Assembly (NCBI GenBank): GCA_021272165.1
Contig: JAJSLK010000047.1
Coordinates: 39,379-103,378, forward strand
Direction of reading: 5' to 3'
Source of the DNA: Candidatus Methylacidiphilales bacterium
GTDB taxonomy: Bacteria > Verrucomicrobiota > Verrucomicrobiia > Methylacidiphilales > UBA1321
Length of the DNA stretch: 64,000 nt
How positions within the stretch are numbered: the stretch's first letter is position 1; each line of letters opens with the position of its first letter. Below are positions 8,935 through 20,519 of this stretch, piece by piece. Under the pieces are notes generated by a model. That model was not told the DNA's origin, searched no databases, and worked only from the letters and a program-made list of their open reading frames with translations. Both the position numbers and the translations under genes were made by a program.

Positions 8935-11046
8935 CTAATAGCCCTTCAAAAGTTGCCAGAGGGTGTAAAACGCCAGGCCCGCGAGAAGGAAATAAGATAG
9001 TCCCACGCTCGGATAATAGAGCGTGAGCAACCGGCTGCCCGGAGGCGCCTGCACGCTGCCCACCTGATTGCGGATAAACTGCGCCAGCGCCCGGGCCAGG
9101 TCGGAACCTTGCCGGCCCCTGTTCCGGAACGACAGGTAGGCATGAAATTTCTGCTGGAAATAGCGTACCCGGACATCCAACGGCGGCGTCAGATAGGCGC
9201 CTCTTTTTTCTAGCCATTCCGGCTTTAGCTTTGCCTTGGCGAAGAAATCATGGATTAACCGGTGGATGTCTTCCCGGTTGATATTCAGCACCCGCATCGT
9301 CACCCGCATCCGGAACAGACGATAGATGAAGAAAAGAATGAAGATCGTTTCCAGAATGTAGATGCCCGGGCCCATCCGCCCATTCTCATATCCCACCCAC
9401 CACCAGTAGATGGTGAGAAAGAAGCGAAGCGATCCTTCGAGGATCGCAAAAATCGCGAACCAGCCGAGAAAACGTTCCAGCGGCGAGGGGACGTAAACCT
9501 TCCGGCGGCGGATATGCGACGATTTGCGCAGCGCCAGGAAGCAGGCCAACAAGGCGCCCAGTCCCGCTGCACCCGCGCCGAGACGGGCGCTCCATTGCAT
9601 ATAGGGCGTTTCCGCCAGCGCATGCAAATGGGGATTGATCACGAAAACCCGCAGGCGATTCAGCCGGTGTCCGTGCCGGTCGAAATAACGATTGGTCAGG
9701 GTCAATGGCCGGTCAGTCGCCGTGTTGTAACTAAACGAATAGTAGCCGTTGATCGGCTGTTCCGCCGGACGGTCATTCGCGTCGCGGAGCGAAACCTCGG
9801 TGGTATCTCCATTCACCTTAATCCGGATGGCCGACACGCCGTAATTCGCATGGGGTGAGGGGTGCCCCAGCCCGTCAAAGAACTGTTGTCGGACCACGGT
9901 TCCATGGTCATCGTACTCGAGCCGCACGATGGCCGCGCCCATGTTCGGCAGGATTTCAGGCGCGCCGTCGTCGCCAAAGAACGATCTTTCGATCACCCGG
10001 TTTTTATCGTCGTATTTAAAAACAACCCGGGCAAGACCGAGGTCCTTCCGGTTGGTCGGCTTTCCATCGACTCCGATGAATTCCTCGGAAAGCTCATTTC
10101 CCCGGTCGTCATAGGTGTAACGCCGTTCGTGGATTCCTGTGTTATTGTCGACGGTGGGCGCGCCGGTGACGTCGAGGTACGATTCATCAAGCAGGAAACC
10201 TCGCGGGTCGAGCGTGCGCAGCAGCTCATGCACCCCGCTGCTTTTTTCCTCCACCGCCAGCCCGGAGGAATCGAAGTAACTTTCCACGCTCTGGGTCGAA
10301 TCGGGATCGATCGTGTAAATCGTCCGGACGACTGCCACTCCATCATTGTTGTTCAGCAGGTTGCCCGACGAATCATAATTATCGCGTTCCATCACCCGGC
10401 CCTGGTTGTCGTACGACGTCCGCGTCTCGAAAAAGCCGTTGTTGTCGCTAATCGCGGTGCCGAAAAGTCCAAACCGCCGCGCCAGGATTACCCGATTGGC
10501 CTCGTCCAGTCCCCGGGCGTAATGTACCACCCCGCTGTCGTCCCGGACCCGGCCCCCCGAAGCGTCCAGATTTGCCACATCGACTGGAAAGCCTGCTGCA
10601 TTAAGCGTAAGCTCCTCGCCCACTACGCCATCAAGATTCTTGTCCGGGTTCCCCTGCGCGTCCCGGTACCAACGCCGCTCGATCCCCGGTTTGTAGTCAA
10701 AGTCGATCCGCGTCGCCTGGAAAAACGGATCCGGCATTGGCCTCCCCGCCCGCAGATACTCCACCTGTTCGATCCTCCCCTGGCTGTCATAAATAAAGCG
10801 GTAACAATTTGCTCCTTCAGCAGCCTCCGGCGACAGGACTCCTTGACCAACGACCTGATATCTCGGGTCCACATCCACCGTGAAAAAATAATCAGGCGGT
10901 TTTTGGGCCGGAATTTTAGGAGGGGGGATGGGTTTGCCTGCCGGCTTCGCATAGGCGCCATGCGACAGCAACCCCGCAAAAAAGGCGAAGAAGATGAGAA
11001 CGCCAAACCGGCGTAAAGGAAGAATCGGAGAATAAAAGCGGATCAT
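8935..11046 (-). CDS. Exported YD-like repeat protein with C-terminal multi-TM region
   Basis: Signal peptide, recurring YD..G...Y/F.D..G.P units of about 30 aa, then about four hydrophobic segments. Confidence 0.75.
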   Translation of the reverse strand: MIRFYSPILPLRRFGVLIFFAFFAGLLSHGAYAKPAGKPIPPPKIPAQKPPDYFFTVDVDPRYQVVGQGVLSPEAAEGANCYRFIYDSQGRIEQVEYLRAGRPMPDPFFQATRIDFDYKPGIERRWYRDAQGNPDKNLDGVVGEELTLNAAGFPVDVANLDASGGRVRDDSGVVHYARGLDEANRVILARRFGLFGTAISDNNGFFETRTSYDNQGRVMERDNYDSSGNLLNNNDGVAVVRTIYTIDPDSTQSVESYFDSSGLAVEEKSSGVHELLRTLDPRGFLLDESYLDVTGAPTVDNNTGIHERRYTYDDRGNELSEEFIGVDGKPTNRKDLGLARVVFKYDDKNRVIERSFFGDDGAPEILPNMGAAIVRLEYDDHGTVVRQQFFDGLGHPSPHANYGVSAIRIKVNGDTTEVSLRDANDRPAEQPINGYYSFSYNTATDRPLTLTNRYFDRHGHRLNRLRVFVINPHLHALAETPYMQWSARLGAGAAGLGALLACFLALRKSSHIRRRKVYVPSPLERFLGWFAIFAILEGSLRFFLTIYWWWVGYENGRMGPGIYILETIFILFFIYRLFRMRVTMRVLNINREDIHRLIHDFFAKAKLKPEWLEKRGAYLTPPLDVRVRYFQQKFHAYLSFRNRGRQGSDLARALAQFIRNQVGSVQAPPGSRLLTLYYPSVGLSYFLLAGLAFYTLWQLLKGY

Positions 11047-11052
11047 GGAAAA

Positions 11053-12042
11053 TCAATTTTGGACCGAAGCGGCCAGATGGGCTTCCGCCAGTTCACGAAT
11101 CTGTTTTTCATCCAGATTCGGTCCGATGAAGACGAGGCCGGTCGTGATTTCGGTCTCATTGCCCAGCGGCAGGAGAAGAAGTTCCGTCTGGTCGCGGACT
11201 TGTTGGAAAGTATGGAGTTCGTTGGGCGAATCAGCCAGCCGGACAAAGCCCTTGGCCCGGAAAACGGAAGGGGGAAGAGCGCCGAGGAAGCTTTTGAAAG
11301 CAGTGGGCTCCACGGGGGCGCTCAAAGGCAGGAAAAGAGTCGAGGCGGCATGGTTTAGTTCGGCGTGCTCGTGATGCGTATGATCATGATTATGATCATG
11401 ATCGTGATCGCAGGCTTCACCATGTTCGTGATGATGCTTGGCGCGGCCTTCCCGGCTAAGCAGGTCAGGCATGATCTCTCCATGATGTGTGGCCACGATC
11501 TGCGCTTCCGGGTTGACCTGGCGTAACGCGATTTCGACCCGTTGCCGCGTCTTATCATCAATCCTGTCGGTCTTGTTCAGCAGGATAAGGTCAGCATAGC
11601 GCACCTGTTCTTCCTGAACTGCCCGGCCACGCCAGGAGCAGGGATAATCGGAGCTGTCGATGACGAGAACCAAGCGACGAATGATCGTCCGGTTGTGCAA
11701 TTCAGGGGCGCTGAGATGATCGAGAACCTCTTCGGGATCGGCCAGGCCCGAGGTTTCGATCCAAACGAGATCAAAGTCGGGATTGTCCGCCAAGGCGCGC
11801 ACCTGTGCGACCAGATCCTCAAAGCTCTGGCAGCAGACACAGCCGCCGGTGATGCTCCTCAGTTCCAGTTGCCGCCGGGCGAGGAGGGCGGCATCGACAT
11901 TGACCGAACCGAAATCGTTGATGATGATGGCGGTTCGCTTGAGCGGGACGGTCGTGTTCTTCAGCCAATGCGCCAGCGTGGTAGTTTTGCCGCTGCCCAG
12001 AAAACCGGTGAGGATCAGAAGGGGAAGAGGTTGGGAGCGCAT
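11053..12042 (-). CDS. COG0523/CobW-family metallochaperone GTPase
   Basis: GFLGSGKTT, GGCVCC, ETSGLADP, NKTD, His-rich linker, CobW_C FRAKG. Confidence 0.93.
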   Translation of the reverse strand: MRSQPLPLLILTGFLGSGKTTTLAHWLKNTTVPLKRTAIIINDFGSVNVDAALLARRQLELRSITGGCVCCQSFEDLVAQVRALADNPDFDLVWIETSGLADPEEVLDHLSAPELHNRTIIRRLVLVIDSSDYPCSWRGRAVQEEQVRYADLILLNKTDRIDDKTRQRVEIALRQVNPEAQIVATHHGEIMPDLLSREGRAKHHHEHGEACDHDHDHNHDHTHHEHAELNHAASTLFLPLSAPVEPTAFKSFLGALPPSVFRAKGFVRLADSPNELHTFQQVRDQTELLLLPLGNETEITTGLVFIGPNLDEKQIRELAEAHLAASVQN

Positions 12043-12089
12043 GTCCGGTTCGGTTGCCTTTTGCAGACAATATACTTAGGCTAGCGCAG

Positions 12090-12863
12090 ATGTGGCGGGC
12101 GATGGCAGTTTTTTTTGTCTTCTTTCTCCTGGGATGCTGGAGAGGGGAGGCGGAGGCTTCGGGGCTTGGGCAGGACACGAAGCAGATGGTGGTATGTCTG
12201 GCAGACCGGAATGATTCGTGGGCAGGGACGTTACAACTTTTTCATCGAAATACGGCGGGGGAATGGGTGGCCGACGGTGATCAATGGCCGGTGCTCTTTG
12301 CGAAGGGCGGTTTGGCGTGGGGACGGGGGCTGAATCCCCCGCAGGCCGGGCCCCAGAAGCGGACGAATGATCATCGGAATCCGGCGGGGCTCTTCAAAAT
12401 TGGGATGGTCCTGGGTTATGCGCCGACGCTGCCAGAAGGAGCGAAAGGCTGGCCCTATCATCAGGTGACGAACCACGACGCATGGATCGACGATCCGAAA
12501 TTAGCGAACCTGGGGTACAATCATCTTTATACCTTGCCGCCGGGGGCGCCGTTTCCGGATTGGTGGGAGAAGGAGAAGATGCACTTGGGCGACGCGGCCT
12601 ATGAATGGCTGGTGCTGATCGAGCATAATTACGATGCACCGGTACCGGAGGCGGGCAACGAGATTTTCTTCCACGTGCGGCGTGGAGAGCATTACCGGAC
12701 GGCGGGTTGCACGACGATGAAGAGGGAGGACCTGGAGCGGCTGGTGAAGTGGCTGGAGCCGGGCTCGAACGCGATGATGGTGGAGCTCAGCAGGGCCGAT
12801 TACGCGCGGGTATGGAAGGACTGGCATTTGCCGCCGCCGGACAAAGTCGGGTTGGTACGGTGA
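12090..12863 (+). CDS. L,D-transpeptidase (YkuD-like) family protein
   Basis: Signal peptide; PAGLF, WIDDP, IFFHV..TAGC catalytic His/Cys; start supported by TTGCCT-17-TAGGCT-7-ATG. Confidence 0.85.
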   Translation: MWRAMAVFFVFFLLGCWRGEAEASGLGQDTKQMVVCLADRNDSWAGTLQLFHRNTAGEWVADGDQWPVLFAKGGLAWGRGLNPPQAGPQKRTNDHRNPAGLFKIGMVLGYAPTLPEGAKGWPYHQVTNHDAWIDDPKLANLGYNHLYTLPPGAPFPDWWEKEKMHLGDAAYEWLVLIEHNYDAPVPEAGNEIFFHVRRGEHYRTAGCTTMKREDLERLVKWLEPGSNAMMVELSRADYARVWKDWHLPPPDKVGLVR

Positions 12864-12912
12864 GGCGAGAAAACGCGGCCCTTTTCCAGGTCAACAATCC
12901 GTCCCGAAGGAC

Positions 12913-13515
12913 TCAGCGATACTCCTCATTTAAGCCCTTCCCCTGGAGAATTTGCGATACGCATTTTTCCACCCTCGATTCCCGGGTTTTCGACTGTTTG
13001 GCGGCGGAAAAATGGATAAGATAGAGCCTTTGCCGTCCCGGGGTGAGTCCTTGGAAGGCCGCTTTCAGTGCGGGCATTTCTTTTAACTTTTTCTGAAATT
13101 CCTGGGGAATCTTGACATCTGCCGGTTTTTTAAAAGCCACTTTCAATCCGGCCTTTTCCGCTTCCATGGCCTCACGAACGTAGACCTGTAAAAGCGTTTC
13201 CCGTTCAGTTATCTGCCCGAGATCAGTAAATCGAATCTGCCGTGCCGCCTGTGTATTCTCGCCCGGTCGAATGAGAATGCCCTGCGGGTCCTTCAAAAGG
13301 GCACCCTTGCAGAGCAGAAGAGAGCAGTAGTTCTTGAGGGGAAGGATGACGACCAGGTTCTGGCCGTTAAACATGTAGCAGGGCTTTCCCCACTTCAATT
13401 CTTCGGTCAGCTGGCAGTCGAGAAGGATCTCTCTTAGTTTCTCCATTTCCTTCCTCCACTTCCTGGCTTTCTTGAAAAAGCCATCGACCTTGGGATTCAT
13501 CCTGCTCTTAGTCAT
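12913..13515 (-). CDS. YdeI/OmpD-associated family protein (DUF1801 + OmdA)
   Basis: LTEELKWGKPCY, LTPGRQR.Y, AKQSKTR..R. Confidence 0.88.
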   Translation of the reverse strand: MTKSRMNPKVDGFFKKARKWRKEMEKLREILLDCQLTEELKWGKPCYMFNGQNLVVILPLKNYCSLLLCKGALLKDPQGILIRPGENTQAARQIRFTDLGQITERETLLQVYVREAMEAEKAGLKVAFKKPADVKIPQEFQKKLKEMPALKAAFQGLTPGRQRLYLIHFSAAKQSKTRESRVEKCVSQILQGKGLNEEYR

Positions 13516-13566
13516 GGGATCAGTCGTTGAGATTCATTCCTGGTGGCGGTCATCGACCGCCATGCC

Positions 13567-15009
13567 TTACATGCTGAAGCGGTGGCCGAGGTAGATTTCG
13601 CGCGCGATGGGATCGTTGAGGAGGAATTCGCGGGAGCCTTCAGAGAGGACGCGGCCTTCGTCGATGATGTAGGCGCGGTCGACGACGGAGAGGGTTTCGC
13701 GGACGTTGTGGTCGGTGATGAGAACGCCGAGGCCGCGTTGCTTGAGCTGAAGGATGATTTCCTGGATGTCGTGAACGGCCATGGGGTCGACGCCGCTGAA
13801 GGGCTCGTCAAGGAGGAGAAGGGTGGGCGAGGTGACGAGGGCTCGGGCGATGGTGACGCGGCGTTTTTCACCGCCGGAGAGGGTGATGGCGACGTTTTCG
13901 CGGACGTGCTCGAGGCCGAAGTCGCGGAGGAGTTCGTCGCAACGGGCGTCACGTTCGTCCTCGGTCATGGGAAGGGTTTCGAGAATGGCGAGGAGGTTTT
14001 CCTCGACGGTGAGCTTGCGGAAAATCGATTCCTCCTGCGGGAGATAGCCGATGCCGCGGCGGGCGCGGCGGTACATGGGCATGCGAGTGACGTCCTCGTT
14101 GCCCATGAAGACGTGGCCTTCGGTGGGGGGGACGAGGCCGACGATCATGTAGAAGGTGGTGGTTTTGCCTGCGCCGTTTTTGCCGAGAAGGCCGACGACT
14201 TCGCCGTTGCGGACATGGATATCGACGCCGTTGACGACACGGCGGCCGCCGTATTGTTTGACGAGGCCGCGGGTTTGGATGAGGTAGGAGGAGGTAGCCG
14301 AGCCGTCGGCCGGGGCAGTTGTGGTTTCAGGCTCCGCAGGTTTTGAGGCAGGTTCGGAAGCAGTCGGGATGACTTTGGGTGCGAAGCCGGGCTCGGCGTT
14401 CTTTTCGGGCGGAGTTGAAGTGGCTGCGGCTGGTGTGGTCGTTGACGTAGCAGCGGAGGCAGTTATTGCGGTGACAGGAGCTGGTTCAAGAGGAGGAATT
14501 GGTTCCGTTTTGGGTTCGGGAATGGAGATGGGGGTGGTTTTGGAGGAGGCCTTGGCCTTCACCGGGAGCGGCGGCGGTCCTTTTTTTGGCGCGGCTTTTT
14601 TCGGGAGGGGTGGAGGAGTGGCTTTGGGTTTGTTGGTGGTGCGGAGGACAATCGGAGGGAGCTCGATGACGTGATCGCTTTTGGGACTGTCCTGACCGGG
14701 AAGGAAGGAAAAGGGAGAGGCCGATTTGGATGAGCTTTCCTTGTCGGCGGAGGCCGGGACGGGATTCTCGAGCGAGGGCGAAGGAGACTTTTCGGGCGTG
14801 GCATCCGGAGCCTTGTCGGGACCGACGAGAAGGGAGTCGACGGGGTTAGATTCGGGAACGTCCGATTTTTCGTCGGGGACGATTTCGTTAAGGGAATTCA
14901 AAGGGGAGGAAGAGGTTTTTGAAGACGAAGCACCGCCGGCAAGCAGTTCCGTCTGCATGGCTTCGGACCCCGCTCGGGCGGATTTAGGCTTGGGAAGCCG
15001 GTGTTTCAT
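13567..15009 (-). CDS. lptB: LPS export ABC ATPase LptB with ~240-aa Pro/Ser/Ala/Thr-rich N-terminal extension
   Basis: NGAGKTTTFY, GIGYLPQE.SIFRKLTVE, LSGGE.RR, DEPF.GVDP, ITDHNVRETL; ATG 3 nt after the lptA stop. Confidence 0.93.
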   Translation of the reverse strand: MKHRLPKPKSARAGSEAMQTELLAGGASSSKTSSSPLNSLNEIVPDEKSDVPESNPVDSLLVGPDKAPDATPEKSPSPSLENPVPASADKESSSKSASPFSFLPGQDSPKSDHVIELPPIVLRTTNKPKATPPPLPKKAAPKKGPPPLPVKAKASSKTTPISIPEPKTEPIPPLEPAPVTAITASAATSTTTPAAATSTPPEKNAEPGFAPKVIPTASEPASKPAEPETTTAPADGSATSSYLIQTRGLVKQYGGRRVVNGVDIHVRNGEVVGLLGKNGAGKTTTFYMIVGLVPPTEGHVFMGNEDVTRMPMYRRARRGIGYLPQEESIFRKLTVEENLLAILETLPMTEDERDARCDELLRDFGLEHVRENVAITLSGGEKRRVTIARALVTSPTLLLLDEPFSGVDPMAVHDIQEIILQLKQRGLGVLITDHNVRETLSVVDRAYIIDEGRVLSEGSREFLLNDPIAREIYLGHRFSM

Positions 15010-15012
15010 GCC

Positions 15013-15549
15013 TCATTGGTTGTTGGTGGGAGATGCAGGCGTGGGAGTGGGCGAAGAGGAGGAAGAGGCATTGTCCTGGACGAGGACGGTGCGGGTGGGG
15101 CCCTGGGTGGTCATACTCTGCTTGGTGCGGTAAATGATGATGGTGGGGGCCCAGATCTGGTTCTTGTGGTCGAGGATGGTGGGTTGGTCGGTAAGAACGA
15201 ATTTATCATCGTCGCGGAAGTATTCGACATGGCCGGAGCGGGTAATGCGGTCGGGCTGGGTGATGACAACCGGGGAGCCGGTGGCCACGATGTGATCGAC
15301 CTTGCTGTCTTTCGTAAAGTAAACCGTCATTTCCTGGCATTTCATGTTGAAATTATCGCCCTGGACCACGACGTTGCCGGTGAAGACGGAGACATGATTG
15401 ACTTGGTCGGAGCGGAGTTCATCGGAGGTGATGACGGTGCTGTTGGGCGGAGTCGTTGCGTCCGACGAAGCGGAGGCATCCATGTCCTGGGCGGAGAGCG
15501 GAGCGGCCCAAGCGAGAAAGAGAAGAAGGGAAGAGAGGAGCGATTTCAT
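15013..15549 (-). CDS. lptA: LptA/OstA family protein
   Basis: Signal peptide; ITSD..FTGNVVV..IVATG pattern; located between lptC and lptB. Confidence 0.85.
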   Translation of the reverse strand: MKSLLSSLLLFLAWAAPLSAQDMDASASSDATTPPNSTVITSDELRSDQVNHVSVFTGNVVVQGDNFNMKCQEMTVYFTKDSKVDHIVATGSPVVITQPDRITRSGHVEYFRDDDKFVLTDQPTILDHKNQIWAPTIIIYRTKQSMTTQGPTRTVLVQDNASSSSSPTPTPASPTNNQ

Positions 15550-16100
15550 TTGTTGTCGGGCAAGGGTGGCGCGACGGGGGCGGCGGAGCCAGGGGAATCG
15601 AGGAGGGAGCTCGCGCCCGAGGAGCGAGGCATGGCGGAATTTTGATTGGCTGTGGCGGAGGGGTTGATGTCAAAGTTCTTGAGGACAACGCGGACGTTGG
15701 TGCGAAGGAGATATTTTTTGGCATTGAGATCGAAGTCGCAGACCTGTGCGGTGGTGTCGGAATCGGAACGGACGATGTGGACGGTGTTTTTTGTGCGCAT
15801 CTTGCGGTCGGTGACATAGAGGTCGGCGCGGGGTGAGGTGATGGTGGTGGTGACGGCGCCGTTGTCGTAGAGCTCGATCTTGAGATCGCTGGTATCGGCC
15901 CGGTTAAGGGTGATGCCGGTGGCCTGGGCGGCGGTAAGAGTGGCTTTCAAGATGCTGTCTTCGTAGATGGGGAATTCGAAATTTTTGAAGGACTGACCGA
16001 CGGGCAGCTGCGGGGAGCCACCACTCGAACCCTGCGTTTGGGCCCAGGCGGCACCGAAAACCAGCAGGCTGGTTCCAATGCTAAGCGCGAGAAGCCTCAT
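15546..16100 (-). CDS. lptC: LptC-like protein
   Basis: N-terminal hydrophobic segment, beta-jellyroll-like pattern, synteny kdsA-lptC-lptA-lptB. Confidence 0.7.
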   Translation of the reverse strand: MRLLALSIGTSLLVFGAAWAQTQGSSGGSPQLPVGQSFKNFEFPIYEDSILKATLTAAQATGITLNRADTSDLKIELYDNGAVTTTITSPRADLYVTDRKMRTKNTVHIVRSDSDTTAQVCDFDLNAKKYLLRTNVRVVLKNFDINPSATANQNSAMPRSSGASSLLDSPGSAAPVAPPLPDNK

Positions 16101-16884
16101 GGATGACCTTTAACGTTCGCAGCAGCGGCTCCATCTGGGCAAGCGGAATCATGTTGGATCCATCGGACGGCGACTGCTCGGGTTTGGGATGGGTTTCGAT
16201 GAAGAGGCCGTCGACACCCGCGGCGACGGCGGCGCGGGCCAGGACAGGAGCGAGGGCGCCGTCTCCGCCCGTGCTGGCGCCGTTGCCGCCGGGGCGCTGG
16301 ACGGAATGGGTGGCGTCGAAAATGACGCGGTGGCCGGCCTGGCGCATGAGGGGAAGGCCGCGCATGTCGACAACGAGGTTGTGGTAGCCGAAGGAGGTGC
16401 CGCGCTCGGTGATGTAGTAATCGCGGCAGCCGCCGGACCGGAGCTTGGCGGCGATGTGGTCAACGTCCTCGGGGGCGAGGAACTGGCCTTTCTTGACGTT
16501 GACGGCGCGGCCGGTGGCGGCGGCGGCAAGAAGGAGGTCAGTCTGCCGGCAGAGGAAGGCGGGGATCTGAAGGATGTCGACGACACGGGCGGCTGTTTTG
16601 ACCTGGACGGCGTCGTGGATGTCGGTGAGGACGGGGCAGCGGAATTTCTTTTTAACGGCGGCAAGGATTTTCAGGCCCTGGGCCAGGCCGGGGCCGCGGA
16701 ACGATTTACCGCTGGTGCGGTTGGCTTTGTCGAAGGAGGCCTTGAAGACAAAAGGAAGGCCAAATTCAGCGGCGAGGCCGGCGAGATGCTTCGCGATGGA
16801 GAAGGCGAGGGCCTGCGATTCGAGGACGCAGGGGCCGGCAATGAGGAGGAGGGGCTTCGGCGGGGCGGGAGATTTCTTGGTCAC
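16081..16884 (-). CDS. kdsA: KDO-8-phosphate synthase
   Basis: IAGPCVLES, FKASFDKANRTS, QIPAFLCRQTDLL, FDATHSVQ. Confidence 0.96.
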   Translation of the reverse strand: MTKKSPAPPKPLLLIAGPCVLESQALAFSIAKHLAGLAAEFGLPFVFKASFDKANRTSGKSFRGPGLAQGLKILAAVKKKFRCPVLTDIHDAVQVKTAARVVDILQIPAFLCRQTDLLLAAAATGRAVNVKKGQFLAPEDVDHIAAKLRSGGCRDYYITERGTSFGYHNLVVDMRGLPLMRQAGHRVIFDATHSVQRPGGNGASTGGDGALAPVLARAAVAAGVDGLFIETHPKPEQSPSDGSNMIPLAQMEPLLRTLKVIHEASRA

Positions 16885-16940
16885 GGGTAAAGGGAAAAAC
16901 TACACGAGGCGAGGCTCAATGGCGAACCTGATCTGCATGA

Positions 16941-17219
16941 TTAGCGGCTTAAGCGCCTTACTTGATCGTGGCTGAGAACATCGAACAGAATGATTTCGCG
17001 GTTGTCCATTTTCAGAATCAAGCGCCAGCGAAGGTCAACTCCCACCTCATAATAGTCGGAACCGTGCAGTCGCCGCAGGCCGAATCCGCTGTGTTGATGC
17101 GGATTTTTTAAAAGAACTGGCAGTTCAATAATGATGTCGAGAATACGGTCTTTTTGCGCTTGTGAGAGGCTATTCCAAGTGCGTGGAAAACGACGGGCAA
17201 ACTGAATGGGGCGAGCCAT
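16941..17219 (-). CDS. RelE/YafQ-like toxin
   Basis: 92 aa, directly after the antitoxin; F..W..L, L..L.G..YE, RL and SHD pattern. Confidence 0.7.
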   Translation of the reverse strand: MARPIQFARRFPRTWNSLSQAQKDRILDIIIELPVLLKNPHQHSGFGLRRLHGSDYYEVGVDLRWRLILKMDNREIILFDVLSHDQVRRLSR

Positions 17220-17507
17220 TTACCTGAGCTTTCGCCCCAGACGTTTCAAGGTAGAGACAGCTTCTTCGGGAGTGTTGCCCAGCTTCCCCAGCCGACCGGC
17301 TTTCCGGTCCTGTTCGATTTCGGCATCAAATTCAGCCAATGCAGAAACAGGAATCTCAGGAACGGCGCTGAGTTCATCCTCGGATATGGGACGCAGAATA
17401 ACCGCGGGCTTGGAGCCACGCATAATGACAATCTGTTCGCCTGCTTCCGCTGATTTAATGTAGGCGCTGAGTTGGCTTTTTGCCTGGGAAACGGTGACTA
17501 GTTTCAT
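17220..17507 (-). CDS. Phd/YefM family antitoxin
   Basis: VTVSQAKSQLS..I..AEAGEQIVI.R..KPA. Confidence 0.85.
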   Translation of the reverse strand: MKLVTVSQAKSQLSAYIKSAEAGEQIVIMRGSKPAVILRPISEDELSAVPEIPVSALAEFDAEIEQDRKAGRLGKLGNTPEEAVSTLKRLGRKLR

Positions 17508-17542
17508 GGACTAACTTTCGGACCTGATACCTAGTCTGTCAA
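17508..17542 (-). promoter_or_regulatory. sigma70-type leaderless promoter of the TA operon
   Basis: Minus strand TTGACA-17nt-GAAAGT-6nt-ATG; GACTA/TAGTC inverted half-sites could form the operator. Confidence 0.55.
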
Positions 17543-17551
17543 CTCTGGATC

Positions 17552-19928
<2,377 letters not shown>

Positions 19929-19932
<4 letters not shown>

Positions 19933-20519
19933 TCCAGTTCGTGAGTCTTGGGCGCCGGGGTATCGGAGGTAACCGTGAGGATCCACTGGGCGGCCTCGGT
20001 GAGAGTGGCGCAGATGAAGTGGGCCTTTTCGCGGGCGATGAGGTCTTCCTCATCGGCGGAGTCGCGGCGGCTCGATTTTTCGTGGAGGACGAGGACAGTG
20101 CGGCAGCCGGCGTTAATGCCGCATTCGATGTCAGCAAGGCGGTCGCCGATGAAAAAGGATTCGGCGAGATCAAGGTTGTTGATTTCGGCGGCCTTGAAGA
20201 CGAGTTCGGGGGAGGGCTTGCGGTCGCTGGCGTAGGGATCGTCGGGAGCGGCGAAGGAGTGGTAGAAGGCGTGGATGTAATCGCCATCGAGCTGGCGTTT
20301 CATCTCGGCATTGACGGTGAAGACCTGGCTGCGGGTGATGAGGCCGCGGCCGACGCCGGACTGGTTGCTGACGACGAAGAGCCAGAAACCGGCCTGGCGG
20401 AGGGTGAACATGGCTTCGGCGGCCTCGGGAAAGACTTCGACGAGGGTGGGATCGCCGAGGTAGGGGACGTTGACCATGAGGGTGTCGTCACGGTCGAAGA
20501 AAACGGCACGTTGCTTCAT
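19929..20519 (-). CDS. gmhB: Heptose-1,7-bisphosphate phosphatase (HAD IIIA)
   Basis: FFDRDDTL, VSNQSG..RG, RKPSP, IGDR..D. Confidence 0.88.

Noticed and set aside
8935-11046. RHS polymorphic toxin
   Set aside because: No RHS core or DPxG motif, no toxin tip and no immunity gene; the C-terminus is membrane-embedded
11370-11436. (GATCAT)n microsatellite
   Set aside because: Encodes the normal His/Asp-rich linker of COG0523 proteins
12060-12088. dif-like site near the skew switch
   Set aside because: Poor XerD-arm match; better explained as the TTGCCT/TAGGCT promoter
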